Shown: positions 25,916-39,120, numbered from the stretch's first letter. The stretch is DNA of 64,000 bases from Octopus vulgaris (GCA_951406725.2 OX597825.1:69626001-69690000), one strand, 5' to 3'. The notes: a model not told the origin generated them from the letters alone. A program made the numbers and translations.

Positions 25916-26685
25916 AGGCGGTGAGCTGGCAGAACGGTTAGCACGCCGGGCGAAATGCTTAACGGTATTTCGTCTGCCGTTACGTTCTGAGTTCATATTC
26001 CGCCGAGATCGACTTTATCTTTCATCCTTTCAGGGTCGGTAAATTAAGTACCAGTTACGCACTGGGGTAGATATAATCGACTTAATCCGTTTGTCTGTCC
26101 TTGTTTGTCCTCTCTGTGTTTAACCCCTAGTGGGTAGTAAAGAAATGGGTATTTCGTCTGTCGTTACGTTCTGAGTTCAAATTCCGCCGAGATCGACTTT
26201 GCCTTTCAGCCTTTCGGGGTCGGTAAATTAAGTACCAGTTACGCACTGGGGTAGATATAATCGACTTAATCCGTTTGGCTGTCCTTGTTTGTCCTCTCTG
26301 TGTTTAACCCCTAGTGGGTAGTAAAGAAATGGGTATTTCGTCTGTCGTTACGTTCTGAGTTCAAATTCCGCCGAGATCGACTTTGCCTTTCAGCCTTTCG
26401 GGGTCGGTAAATTAAGTACCAGTTACGCACTGGGGTAGATATAATCGACTTAATCCGTTTGGCTGTCCTTGTTTGTCCTCTCTGTGTTTAACCCCTAGTG
26501 GGTAGTAAAGAAATGGGTATTTCGTCTGCCGTTACGTTCTGAGTTCAAATTCCGCCTAGGTCGGCTTTGCCATTCATCCTATTGAGGTCGATAATTTAAG
26601 TACCAGTTACGTCCTGATATCGATGTAATCGACTGCCCCCCCTCCCACAAAAATTTCGGGGCTTGTACCTAGTGTAGAGAAGAAT
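25916..26685 (+). mobile_element. SINE family A with four tandem body units (184-bp period)
   Basis: GTATTTCGTCTG recurs at 25965, 26149, 26333 and 26517; single tRNA head. Confidence 0.93.
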
Positions 26686-28951
26686 ATTTTACAGGAAGTG
26701 GTGTTCTGGAGGACTGCAGAAGATTACATGAAATGAATGTAGTGTTCTCTACATCCATCCATTTTCACCACTCTTCTGGGATCGTTGTGGGATACAGTAC
26801 TCAAGGACTTCTTCTACACTGTCCAGTCAGAAGCAACCGTTATTAGACTTACCGGTTGGCAAATAAAGAGAGTTGAGCAGAGGAGGCAGTCATATTAAGA
26901 CAGAGAGAGAGAGAGGGAGGGAGATAGATGAGGGAGAGAGGTAAAGGGGAGAGGGAGAGAGAGCTGGCACTTGTAAACCCGGAGTAGAGATATATCGACA
27001 GCTGGAAAAAGTAGATATAAACAAACAGCTGAACTGAACTGAAATGAATGGTTTGTTACTGAAAACAAGAGTCATGGTGATTATGGTGGTGGTGTTTTGA
27101 CAGTGAAAAGTATTTTTTTATTGAAATAAATCTAGAATACTATTATTCTACCTGTTCGTTCAAACGTTACTTGTTTATTTATTAGAGGAAAGGAGGAGGT
27201 TGAGTGAGAAAGAGGAAGAGGTAATGTGAGAGAGCAGATAGCCAGTCGATGCATTATGCTGTCATTCATGTGGTTAGTGGAAGTGAGAGGAGAAAAGAAA
27301 GAGAGAATATAAAGTGCTTACTTAAGGGAAATTTGAAAATCATACAATATATTATTGTGACTGAAAGTGAAATAACACAGCAAAATAAAAATAAAAATGC
27401 AAATCATTCTCTCTTCCTTAAATAACTTCTCTTAATCTCTTTCTTTCTGTAGAATTTCCACGGGTTTCACTAGATATTTATAGAATCAAAATTTAATACG
27501 ACATTTGAATACACTTCTCTTTACAGGCATTTAGTTTTCATCTACTTTTCCGCCTTTTCCTAAATGTGTATGTTCCAGTTGATGTTATCACCAAATTACA
27601 AGTAATATTTTTGATAGTCAATATATATTATATAAAACAACAGAAACCTTTACATTCGATTATTTAATGCAATGCATTTCTGAATGAAATTTGATATAAA
27701 TTATTTAGGTTATTTATTACAATATAATGGAACTCTCCCTGAATTATGACGTGCACTTTGTATTCTGTTGAATACATGCCTCACACTTCAACGTATTTGG
27801 TTGCATGTGTCATGTTACCGAATATTATTTCCGCACAAGATACGTAAGGTCAATTACAATTTGGCTTCGAAGACATTTTCGGAAGGAAAACAATACCGGC
27901 AATTTCTGAAACATGTTTTGTATTATGCTTTGGATAGATTTATTATTCTCATAATGATATATACGTGCCAACACCGCAAAAGACAAAATAAAAAAGGAAA
28001 GAAAAAAAAGAAATATATAAAATATAAAATCAATGGAAATAAATAAATATCAGTGCGATAACAAATACATGTTAAATTTTTACAAAATGTACGTAATCAA
28101 GACGTCAAAATGTTGGGAATCTGGTGAGAAAATCTCTGAATATCTGACAAATAGCGCAAAAAAACGTCATTAAATGTAATGCGTATAATATATGTATGAA
28201 GTTCTTGGAAAATAAAAAAAAATCGAACGTTGAAGTATAGCTGTGTTTGTAACAATGGCCTGACATTGATTGATATTTTTGTTAATTAACATGAAATCTT
28301 GATTTCTTGTGTTTATCATTTATATATTTTATCCTCATTTTCCTTCTCCATTAAAAGAATATATCAGATAAATTTAAATAGAAGAAAGTTCCTTCAACTG
28401 GTCCAGCTCTCTGTCAAATGTGAGAGTGTCATCGGAAAGTATCTAGATGCAGTGATGCAATGTATCTCATCTATAATGAAATCACAAATGTCAACGTTCT
28501 CAAACAATATTCGAAGTGATATTATCAAATCTGTTGTCACTTATGTAAGGAAGTAATTATTAAATTAAATCAACAGCAGATAATCATATGACAGATTCTT
28601 CAAGTAGAACATCTTGGGGAAGACGAAGAGCGAGATGGTTGGATGATACCCACGGTCTAAGTTGGTCACTTGGGAATCCAACCGGAAGATCTGGTGATGG
28701 TTGTTTCTGATAGGACTGTATAGAGGAAGTGCCTGAAGACTCTGTCCAATGATAATCCCAGAAGAGTGGCGAAAATGGATGGATGCGGGGAACAATAATA
28801 CATTTATTTCTTGTAATTGAATCTACTGCAGTTCTCTACACTGAACGGGATTGTGGAAGGTATTTGTTTAGTAATGAAATTAAAAAGCTTTTCTTTGAAG
28901 TATATGATGTAGAGTCGAGAAAATGGTAAAGAACTAAAGATAACGACTCCT

Positions 28952-29160
28952 CCGCCGGGCGAAATCCTTAGCAGTATTTCGTCTGCCGTTAGGTTCTGAG
29001 TTCAAATTCCGACGAGGTCGACTTTGCCTTTCATCCTTTCGGGGTCGATAAATTAAGTACCAGTTACGTACTGGGTTCGATGTAATCGACTTAATCCGTT
29101 TGTCGGTCCTTGTTTGTCCCCTCTATGTTTAGCCCCTTGTGGGTAATAAAGAAACAAAAA
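28952..29160 (+). mobile_element. SINE family A, 5' truncated
   Basis: Matches the family A body and tail. Confidence 0.88.
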
Positions 29161-30559
29161 ATATTATTTCTTGTTTTTGAAATAATCCCTTAGATATAAG
29201 TATAAAACTACTTGGGGATCAGCGCTATGAGTGAACTACTAATATCTATGGATCAAACGATGGGTCCCGTCACACTGCAAAAGACTTGTATGTTTACTGC
29301 TATGAACATTGATATTTTGCCTCAATCTTAAATCCACTACGATGGTTATAGACTTTATTTCAATGCCTAAGAAACAACATCGCATAGGGCTTCATGCTTA
29401 ATAACTTCAAAAACTTATTTTAACACAGATGGGACTCCTGAGAAGTCAGACTTGGAATCTTAAATATTTGGACGTCCCTCGTAAAATTTCTGATTAAGAT
29501 AAGTGGAAATACTGTTACGTAGCATCGAATTTAACTTCATTCCTTGCCTTTGAATTACAACAGAAATACAACAGAAATACCCTTGAGGGTATCTACAGCA
29601 CAAACAGTAAAACCTTGATTAAGTCGCTGCATGTGAAGTCGCTGATGATGTGCTGAAACGAAGTAATTGACTGGGCATTGAAGAAGAATTTAAGTTAATA
29701 TATGAAACTATAATTTAATCAGAGCAAAATGTAGATATTGTGGTTCTGGATGAAATTGCTGATCCGTACAAATTGATATAAACGGCAAGAGGCTACATAT
29801 AAGCCTCTATATTTGCAACATTATGTCAACATGAATAGTATTCGGAGGAATTATAAACACGCTGAACATTAAAATAGAAGGTAATTGGAGGCCTTGCAAA
29901 AGTGGTAGATCTTAATGTTCTCTGTTCTATGGATCTGAAAAAAGAGGATGACAGACTTCGAATGAAATTAAGGCATTTCACGCTTCATAGTCACTGAAAT
30001 ATATAAGTGATTAGTAAAATACAGTCAATTGCATCAAGGAAAATAACGATCATATTGTCTTCCAGATTATGCAGGAGTTCCTTAAAATCTATGCAGCATT
30101 TCCTGAGAAATTACCAACATTGAGCCACTTCTTTCTCAAGCTCCGATTAGTTAAATATAAATTGCTGGTATCATATAGAGAAGAGAGCCAATGAGAGATT
30201 CTTCACTCTCCTCCTGTTTAGTATGGAGAAATAAATCTCTGATAAATCAAGAAGTGTCTAACATTTTCAGAGATATTATCAACAGGAGACTGCTATTACG
30301 ATTTATTAAAGTATATTGGCTTCCTTATTCATCGGTATGCATATGAATGTGCACCATTATGAACATGATTATTGCTTCCATGGTTTCCCGAAAGGGACTG
30401 ATATTTCTTATTGTTACGTAAGATTTAGCACAGTCATCTTATATAACACAGTCTGCAACTCTGTAATTTGTAACTTCGATTTATCCGATATCTAAATGTA
30501 TATATATGTGTGTGTGTGTGGGTGCGTGTTTGTGTGTATGTGTACATGTGAGCGTGTAC

Positions 30560-30718
30560 ATATATGTATGTATGTATGCATGTATGTTTGTATGTATGTA
30601 TGTATGTATGTATGTATGTATGCATGTATGCATGTATGTATGTATGTATGTATGTATGTATGTATGTATGTATGTATGTATGTATGTATGTATGTATGTA
30701 TGTATGCGTGTGTGTATG

Positions 30719-30752
<34 letters not shown>

Positions 30753-30770
30753 TGTATTTATGTATGTACG
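30560..30770. repeat. (TATG)n microsatellite
   Basis: Direct reading; similar tracts at 53120-53296, 54938-55070 and 59570-59787. Confidence 0.95.
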
Positions 30771-30976
30771 TGCATGGTAATGTACTGGAATTTATATGAA
30801 ACTCCACATGATTAAACTGAATAATAATCCTTAATGATGCCAAGACATTTCAACATTTTCACATCAATTAAAAAATTTTGCAATAAATAACATTAATTTA
30901 TAGAACAAATATTATTTCTTTTAATCAGACATAGGTACTCTATCGACTGAAAAAAATTAAAGATAAAAGATATATA

Positions 30977-31366
30977 GCCGCAGGAGTCTGGTGTGTGGTA
31001 AGGAGCTTGATTCCCAAACACATGGTTTCGGGTTCAGTCCCACAGCGTGGCACCTTGTGCAAGTGTTTTCCACTATATCTTCGAGCTGACCAAAGCCTTG
31101 TGAGTGGATTTGGTAGATGGAAATTGAAAGAAGCGCGCGTCTTTGTCTTATTGCTTGTCTCCCACCATCGCTTGACAACTGTTATCCGTGTGTTTATATC
31201 CCAGTAATTCACTGGTTCGGCAAAACAAACCGACTGGATAAGTACCAGGTTTAAAAAAAAAAGCAGCGGTGTTATTTCAGTCAATTAAAAATTCTTTAAT
31301 ACGGTGACCCACCATGGCCGCTCTCTCATGACTGAAACGAAGAAAATATAAAAGTTAAAAGATAAA
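30977..31366 (+). mobile_element. SINE family B, diverged
   Basis: Head, CORE-like segment and tail align with 17533. Confidence 0.8.
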
Positions 31367-31933
31367 ATACTTTATTGAAACATGAGAATAAATAACAAAT
31401 GATTTCAACATATTTTTTCTGTATGCATGTTGAGAAAGAGGGATAATATCAAAGCGCAAGATTTCTTCATAACTGACGTGACATTAAGGAATAAAGGACA
31501 GGCTTATTATACTGAGATAAGAAACCAGTGTGTACTTCTATCCATTTCGTAAATGCTATGTCAGGTTGAGAGATGATCTCACTTTCGCATGTGGAGCACG
31601 TCAGAGTTGTCATTTGGTAATTATGTTAAAACCTGTAGAGATGGAGGTAATATTTTAACAAGTCAAGAATTTTTTGTGGTATGGTATTTCACATTCTGGC
31701 ATTTGTCATTCTCACTACCCCCTCTGTATATATATATATATACTAAGTAATTAAGGGTTTAGCAACGAATTGCCTCACCAACACACCGAATTTAGAAATA
31801 GCAGTCAAAGATATATAGCTATTCCTTCTACTAAAAGGGGGATCTCAGTAAAAACACAGACCTGAAAGGCAAACACAGACAGGTAAGAAAGAAAGAATGA
31901 AATGACGCCAATCCATCATGCAATTTTAAGTTA

Positions 31934-32025
31934 CCTACGGACGTACGTTTCGAGATCAAGTTTTAGGATAGCATAAGAATTAGAAAATTCTACTTTACCC
32001 AAACTTCTTCTCTCATCGGCGCAGG
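31934..32025 (-). ncRNA. Type I hammerhead ribozyme motif (mirror copy)
   Basis: Reverse complement of 32476-32567. Confidence 0.72.
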
Positions 32026-32475
32026 ATACGACAATTATGAATAATTGTATATTAAATTTTGAGATACTAGAATGCATCATCTCAACTCAGTGTCAGAGCG
32101 AGCCAAAGCATGACCAGTACCACGAAATTCAAAGTTTGAATGAAAGTTTGTGTCACCAGCCCCCTTCCACCCGCGTGTAGCCAAGACAAAATGCTGCGGT
32201 CATTCACTGGGATAAAATATGGTTATCAGTAATAATAATAAAAGGTGAAATTAATTAATTAGGGATAATTATCAATTACACCAAGTAGATTTCGGCATGT
32301 AAAAGCCCCATTCGAGGAAAATTTAAGTAATACTAAGAGGGCTGGTGACACAAACTTTCATTCAAACTTTGAATTTCGTGGTACTGGTCATGCTTTGGCT
32401 CGCTCTGACACTGAGTTGAGATGATGCATTCTAGTATCTCAAAATTTAATATACAATTATTCATAATTGTCGTAT

Positions 32476-32567
32476 CCTGCGCCGATGAGAGAAGAAGTTT
32501 GGGTAAAGTAGAATTTTCTAATTCTTATGCTATCCTAAAACTTGATCTCGAAACGTACGTCCGTAGG
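32476..32567 (+). ncRNA. Type I hammerhead ribozyme motif, predicted cleavage after C32561
   Basis: cctgcg-CCGATGA-gaga...tctc-GAAAC-gtac-GTC-cgtagg: 6-bp stem I, long stem II, palindromic ACGTACGT stem III, U4>C. Confidence 0.72.
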
Positions 32568-32858
32568 TAACTTAAAACTGCATGATGGATTGCCGTCATT
32601 TCATTCTTTCTTTCTTACCTGTCTGTGTTTGCCTTTCAGGTGCTGTGTTTTTACTGAGATCCCCCTTTTAGTAGAAGGAATAGCTATATCTCTTTAACTG
32701 CTATTTCTAAATTCGGTGTGTTGGTGAGGCAATTCGTTGCTAAACCCTTAATTACTTAGTATTACTTAAATTTTCCTCGAATGGGGCTTTTACATGCCGA
32801 AATCTACTTGGTGTAATTGATAATTATCCCTAATTAATTAATTTCACCTTTTTATTAT

Positions 32859-32922
<64 letters not shown>

Positions 32923-33166
32923 ACATACATACATATATTTATATATATATATATACATATATATGTATATATATACACACATATATATATATATATGCAT
33001 ATATACATATATATACATATATATAGAAATACATATACATATATATGTATACATTCATATATATATGTGTATATATATATATTATATACATATATATATA
33101 TGCATATATACATATATATACATATATATAGAAATACATATACATATATATGTATACATTCATATA

Positions 33167-33223
<57 letters not shown>

Positions 33224-33679
33224 ATATACATGCATATTATGTATATGTGTGTATGCTTGTGTGTGTGCATCTATGTATGGTATTGAGGAGTTTATTGTGT
33301 AAAACCTCAAGGGTATCTTTCATCTGAATGTGACAGCGTTACATGGTCGTGTGGCGCGTATGTCACTTTTATGTATTTTATTGCAAGAACAATTCATATT
33401 GATCATAGAGGATAAATAAGGAAACACGGTTACATGAAATATGATACAACTCCTCATGGTAAATAGGAATATCAGTGACGCTGTTTGTGAGTTAATATCA
33501 CAGCCATGTAATAACAGTTGATGCCAATGTCTGTTGTTTGGTTCATTGATTGATTTCTTTAGTTCTGCTTTACACCAAAGTGATAGAGGGGACAAGAGTG
33601 TAATGGACGATAGGGAGAGATTTGACATAAGAGGTTCAAGTCAATAGAGGAACGCTGAAATTAAAAAGCAGTGGTCGTT

Positions 33680-34257
33680 TGTGGTCGAGATTTGAGGTTG
33701 TTTTCGGACAATTCATGAGGCATCCATTTTCCAAGTTTAGGAAACTTTCCAAGTTGTTGAAGTTGACGATGAACAGTTGTATGGTTAGAACTAAGCTTTT
33801 TTGCCAATTCTTCAACTGATAATGCAGGATTTTCTTCAAGTAATACCTCAAGGAGCTTATCATCAAACTCAACTGGATATCCTGTTCAAAGTTCCATCTC
33901 AAGGCTGAAATCTCCACTTCTAAATTTTGCAAATCATCTTCTGCAAGTTCTTTCATCCAAGCATTGTTTCCCATAAACTGCGTGTATGTTTCGAGTCGCT
34001 TCGGCTGCAGAGTTTCCTTTTTTGTACCCATAAAGCATTATTTACCTCAAATACTCTTTGGATACTTCCATGTTAGAAAGGGTTTTAATCAAGGAAATTT
34101 TAATCCTATTATTCTGTAAAATAATATTTAATTAGTTTAAATGTACACAAATGCATAAAAATAATTCTTAATTCCATTAGACATTCTAAAATACTAATAA
34201 ATTTCATTAAATTAAAAAAAAAGGTAAAATCGGACAGAACTTATGGGATGATCTAAT
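33680..34257 (-). mobile_element. Mariner 5' half (HTH region) with left TIR
   Basis: ATG at 34071: MEVSKEYLR*IMLYGYKKGNSAAEATRNIHAVYG...FRSGDFSLE...GKWMPHELSE (WVPHEL-like). Confidence 0.9.
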
Positions 34258-35109
34258 GCTTATTCGAAATTTAGCGCTGAAGAATTTTATTGAGAATTTC
34301 TTGAATAAGCAGTTTCGGTATCGGCTGCATTGAAGAGATCATCATAGAACTTAATATGGCGAAAATAATTCGAAAAGATAACATGAAGTGTTTTTTTGTT
34401 TTTTTTGCTAATAATTCTTAATAAGTTTCAAAATCTATACTTCTTGACAGAAACGCTTTCGTAGTCCATTATCATTTATAATGGCTACTAGTGAACATTA
34501 AAATATAGCAATTATATTTAGATAAAAAGAATGCAACAACAATGGAAAACGAAGGGTACTTGTTTATTTAGAGATCAAAATTAATTTGCTGTAACAGATA
34601 TGTATGTACATAAAGAGAGATACAAAAATACACACACACAAAAGCATACATACACATATGTGCATACATACACTAAAAGATATGTTTATTGTATTATGAA
34701 GGAAGAAGAAAGAATATTAACAAATTCTATATGAAGGAATATTGTAAAGTGACTTCGAGAATTTAATTTCTTTGAAGTGCAGCCTCTTCTTCTGTGGTAT
34801 TTAGAAGATAATGGTCTGCCGTTATGATATATGAGAAGAAAAATTATCTCTACAGAAAAATCCGATTAAGTTATTTCTAAACGATTCTTTTTTTTATATA
34901 TCTCACACATACTGTCTTCTAAAAATATATGTATATGCACACACAGATATATGAATATAGTCAGATTAATCTAACCCACGTATGTGCTTGTGTACGTGAA
35001 TATATGTAAGCGTGCGAATGGATATTTATTATATATACATATATAAATAGATATACATCAGCAAATATATGTATATGGAAGTAACAATACATATATCGAA
35101 ACAAATATG

Positions 35110-35175
<66 letters not shown>

Positions 35176-35271
35176 AATATGTTTATATGTATATATGTAT
35201 ATATACATACAATTAAAATATATAACGCGTATATAACTTGTATATAATATAACGTATACATATATGTAGGA

Positions 35272-35307
<36 letters not shown>

Positions 35308-35912
35308 ATACATGCATATAATTATATAGTAATATGAAATATTTATCTCTGCATGTATTTATCCATAGGGGAGTGTACTAACGCATACATCATACTTGTA
35401 TGTTTAATGCGTATATAAATACACACATATTTATATTGTGTATGTATACAAGTAGGTATGTGTGGTGCGTGGGCAGTAGAAATGTTTTCCCCAAAAACAC
35501 TATTTGTTATCGTTACTATACCGTCGGAATGGAAATATTCGTACAATCTAACCAAGCTGATGTGCTGTGGGTAACAATGATGTACCATCTAATTACCAGA
35601 CGTCTAAACTAAAGAAATACATCCTGGAGAGTAATATATACATAAGCACAGTTTGCGAACATACGAATCATATGTTTACGAGTGTGTATTTCGTCTGTGT
35701 TTCTGGGGAAGAACCACAGCATGTGGTTTTGCTTTTATGATTAGATATATTTCTTATAGGACGGTACTAGCTGTAAAGATTCACATCAAAGAATACGGAG
35801 TCGCGGGTTCGATTCTAATATACAGCAATTGAAGAAAATATCACTTGTATCACTACTACACGTGAAAAATACTTTCTGTGTTAATTTTGGTTGTCAAATG
35901 TAACAAAACAAA

Positions 35913-36141
35913 GGGTGGCGAGCTGGCAGAACCGTTAGCACGCCGGGCGAAATGCGTAGCCGTATTTCGTCTGGCATTACGTTCTGAGTTCAAATTCCGC
36001 CGAGGTCGACTTTGCCTTTCATCCTTTCGGGGTCGATAAAATAGGTACCAGTTACGCACTGGGGTCGATGTAATCGACTTAACCCGTTCGTCTGTCCTTG
36101 TTTGTCCTCTCTGTGTTTAGCCCTTGTGGATAATAAAGAAA
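35913..36141 (+). mobile_element. SINE family A monomer with TSD
   Basis: Flanked by the direct repeat CAAATGTAACAAAACA. Confidence 0.92.
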
Positions 36142-36316
36142 CAAATGTAACAAAACAACGCGATTGTCCTGATGATGAGTGGAAACCTGCAGAGGCATAC
36201 ACGCTCATACACTCACGAAGGCAAATATCTAATAACCCGTCATATGTAGAGCAAAGAGAAAGTCCTGAGCTGATGATTTGGATATCTATTCTTAATATGT
36301 TCCAAAAGTTTCCAAG

Positions 36317-36700
36317 TCGTAGGAGTGACTGTGTGGTAAGTAGCTTGCTTACCAACCACATGTTTCCGGGTTCAGTCCCACTGCGTGTCTGCTACTATAG
36401 CCTCTGGCCGACCAAAGCCTAGTGAGTGGATTTGGTAGACGGAAACTGAAAGAAGCTCGTCGTATACATGTATATATATATGTATGTGTGTGTTTGTCTT
36501 TGTCCCCCCTAATATCACTTGACAACCGATGCTGGTGTGTTTACGTCCCCGTAACATAGCGGTTCGGCAAAAGTGACCGATAGAATAAGTACTAGGCTTA
36601 CAAAGAATAACGGGGTAAATTTGTTCGACCAAAGCCGGTGCCCCAGCATGGCCACACTCACTTGACTGAAACAAGGAAAAGAGTAAAAGAGAAAGAGTAA
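36317..36700 (+). mobile_element. SINE family B
   Basis: Similar to 17533, with a short internal deletion in the CORE-like part. Confidence 0.88.
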
Positions 36701-37624
36701 GTCAATATGCTAATAGTTGTTTCCTTCACAGGAGAGCAACGTCTACTACCCGATGAATGCGTTTTCATCACACACTCGGTTCATTAACGAAAAGAATTAT
36801 GAGAAGCCGCTGTTTCGACCTCCTCGTGTCACGGCAGTCAAAGCCACTACAGACCAATATATCTATATGAGCTCGACGATCTTGCTTTTAGCTTGTTTGT
36901 TTGCTGAAGTTATAGAAAGGACATCGAACTCTTCTCGAAATCGATAGACGGAAGTGCCTTACGCTGACGAGACACAGCGATATTGAAACAATGGCTGTCT
37001 CACAGTCTCTTGCGCTGAGAAATCGAGTGTCTTGCGTACTGTGAACACACTTTCGTTGTGAAGGACAAGTTGTTTTCCTGTGACAAAAAAAACCAACAAA
37101 AACAAAAAACAACAACAACAACATAAGAACACATCATGGTTCACGTTTATAGCTGTTGTAACGCAATATGTATAAATATACAAGTCGTAGAATGTCTATA
37201 TAACGCATCTCTCCATCTCCTGTCGACTCAGCAAAGGACTTAAGTAACCACGCAAGATATCTAAATGGAACTTGTTGCTCCGGCATACGAACATGAGGAT
37301 TCATACTTGAAGAAGTAACATATCTGTGTCGCAGGTGAATGTCATAAGACACTAACGGGAAACGATTTGGTTGCCAAATATCATTTACCTTTCGATATTT
37401 CCAACAAATATATGAGGTTGTGTTGACATTAACCGAAAAGCAAATTTACATATCAACAAGTAATTTGAGAAGAAAAATGATCAGGATTGAAGTAGGCAAA
37501 AAAGTAATGTCGAAGTATCTCATATCTTAAAATTCGGGAAATTGTTTAAAGCTAAATTAATAAAATCAGTCGAGAAATCTGAAGATGTTGACACAAATGC
37601 GCAAATCCTTGCACACACACACAA

Positions 37625-37720
<96 letters not shown>

Positions 37721-38109
37721 AGCGCGCACACCTACACGCACTTGTACGGACGCACATAGAGAGACAGACACACACACACGTGTGTTTGTGAGTGTGCGTC
37801 CATGATGTGTGCATGTGTGCATTGATGTGTGTGTGTGTGCATGATGAGTGTGTGTGCGTGTGCATTGATGTGTGTTTGGATGAACATATATACATACGTA
37901 TATATGAATAAAGAACATATATATATATATATAACGTGTTTTAATGATTTCCATTGATATGTTTGTTCTGGAATCATTGTTTTCAAACTGATTACAGAAA
38001 TTTTTATAGCGTCTGTAACACGTGAAATATTACAAACGCTAATACACTCCATCAAACACACACTTACAGAGATATACACACACATATAAATACATATATG
38101 GATCTATAG

Positions 38110-38154
<45 letters not shown>

Positions 38155-38156
38155 CG

Positions 38157-38218
<62 letters not shown>

Positions 38219-38273
38219 GAGACACACAAACATATACACTCACATGCATAACTGCATAATACACACACACACG

Positions 38274-38311
<38 letters not shown>

Positions 38312-38317
38312 CATATA

Positions 38318-38460
38318 TACGACGGGCTTCTTTCAGTTTCCGTCTACCAAATCCACTCACAATGCTTTGGTCGGCCCGAGGCTATGACCAAGGTGCCACG
38401 CAGTGGGACTGAATCCGGAACCATATGGTTCGTAAGCAAACTACTTACCACACAGTCACA
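38318..38460 (-). mobile_element. SINE family B 5' part
   Basis: Reverse-complement match to the head region; runs into (TA)n/(CA)n. Confidence 0.82.
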
Positions 38461-38473
38461 TTGTAATAATATT

Positions 38474-38662
38474 CTTTCTATTCTAGGCACAAGGCTCGAA
38501 ATTTTGGGGGATGGTGCCAGTTGATTAGATCGACCCCAGTACGCAACTGGTACTTAATTCATCGACCCCGAGAGGATGAAAGGCAAAGTCGACCTCGGCT
38601 GAATTTGAACTCAGAACATAATGACAGACGAAATACTGCTAAGCATTTCGCCCGGCATGCTA
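38474..38662 (-). mobile_element. SINE family A with alternative tail
   Basis: Matches the 16705 terminus and the family A body. Confidence 0.85.
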
Positions 38663-38859
38663 AATTATTGTAATAATAATGATAACTCGTAGTTATGAAC
38701 ACCTGTAGAGTTGAACGAAACTTATTATTAATCTAATAGTAACTGTGTTAATACTGGTGTCGTTGAAATGTCTAACGCCGATAACGATCCTGATAATTAT
38801 ATATACTTCATAATCCTACAAATTATATAACCGAGGATAATTCTATCATCGCGTCATCT

Positions 38860-39120
38860 AAAACATGTAATTGTACGAAGGTTTCGAATGCCCGCTAGTT
38901 AACAGCTGTTTGGTCATAATTAACGCATATAAATGTAATCTACATACATTTACCCACGTAGGTTATACTCCTTTTTGTTCATAGTAAGTTTGCGTAATTG
39001 TTTTCACATCTTTGGAAGGAGAGCTAAAGCGGAAACAGTATCACTCTCAGCAAAAGTCTGGGAATTAAAAGAGAAAAATGTTGATTTATATCTAACATGG
39101 AACCTTGTCAGACATGCTAA
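38860..39120 (+). pseudogene. Penelope-like element Cys-rich linker / GIY-YIG endonuclease remnant
   Basis: Frameshifted KTCNCTK..ECPLVNSCLVIINAYKCN (CNC-CPL-CL linker) and SLSAKVWELKEKNVDLYLTWNLVRHA (LSxxxWxLKxxxxxxxxxW). Confidence 0.7.

Larger units (their letters stand above)
31741..32863. mobile_element. Young nested-palindrome Penelope-like non-autonomous element in (TA)n
   Basis: Arms 31741-32162 and 32339-32761 are near-perfect reverse complements; a second IR pairs 32230-32337 with 32755-32863; no ORF. Confidence 0.85.

Noticed and set aside
29638-29672. CTGATGA-tgtgct-GAAAC-gaa-GTA hammerhead-like string
   Set aside because: Stem II cannot pair and stem I is not contiguous; likely chance.
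36165-36195. CTGATGA..GAAAC string (similar CTGATGA strings at 11848, 54139, 63073)
   Set aside because: No paired stems and no UH cleavage site.
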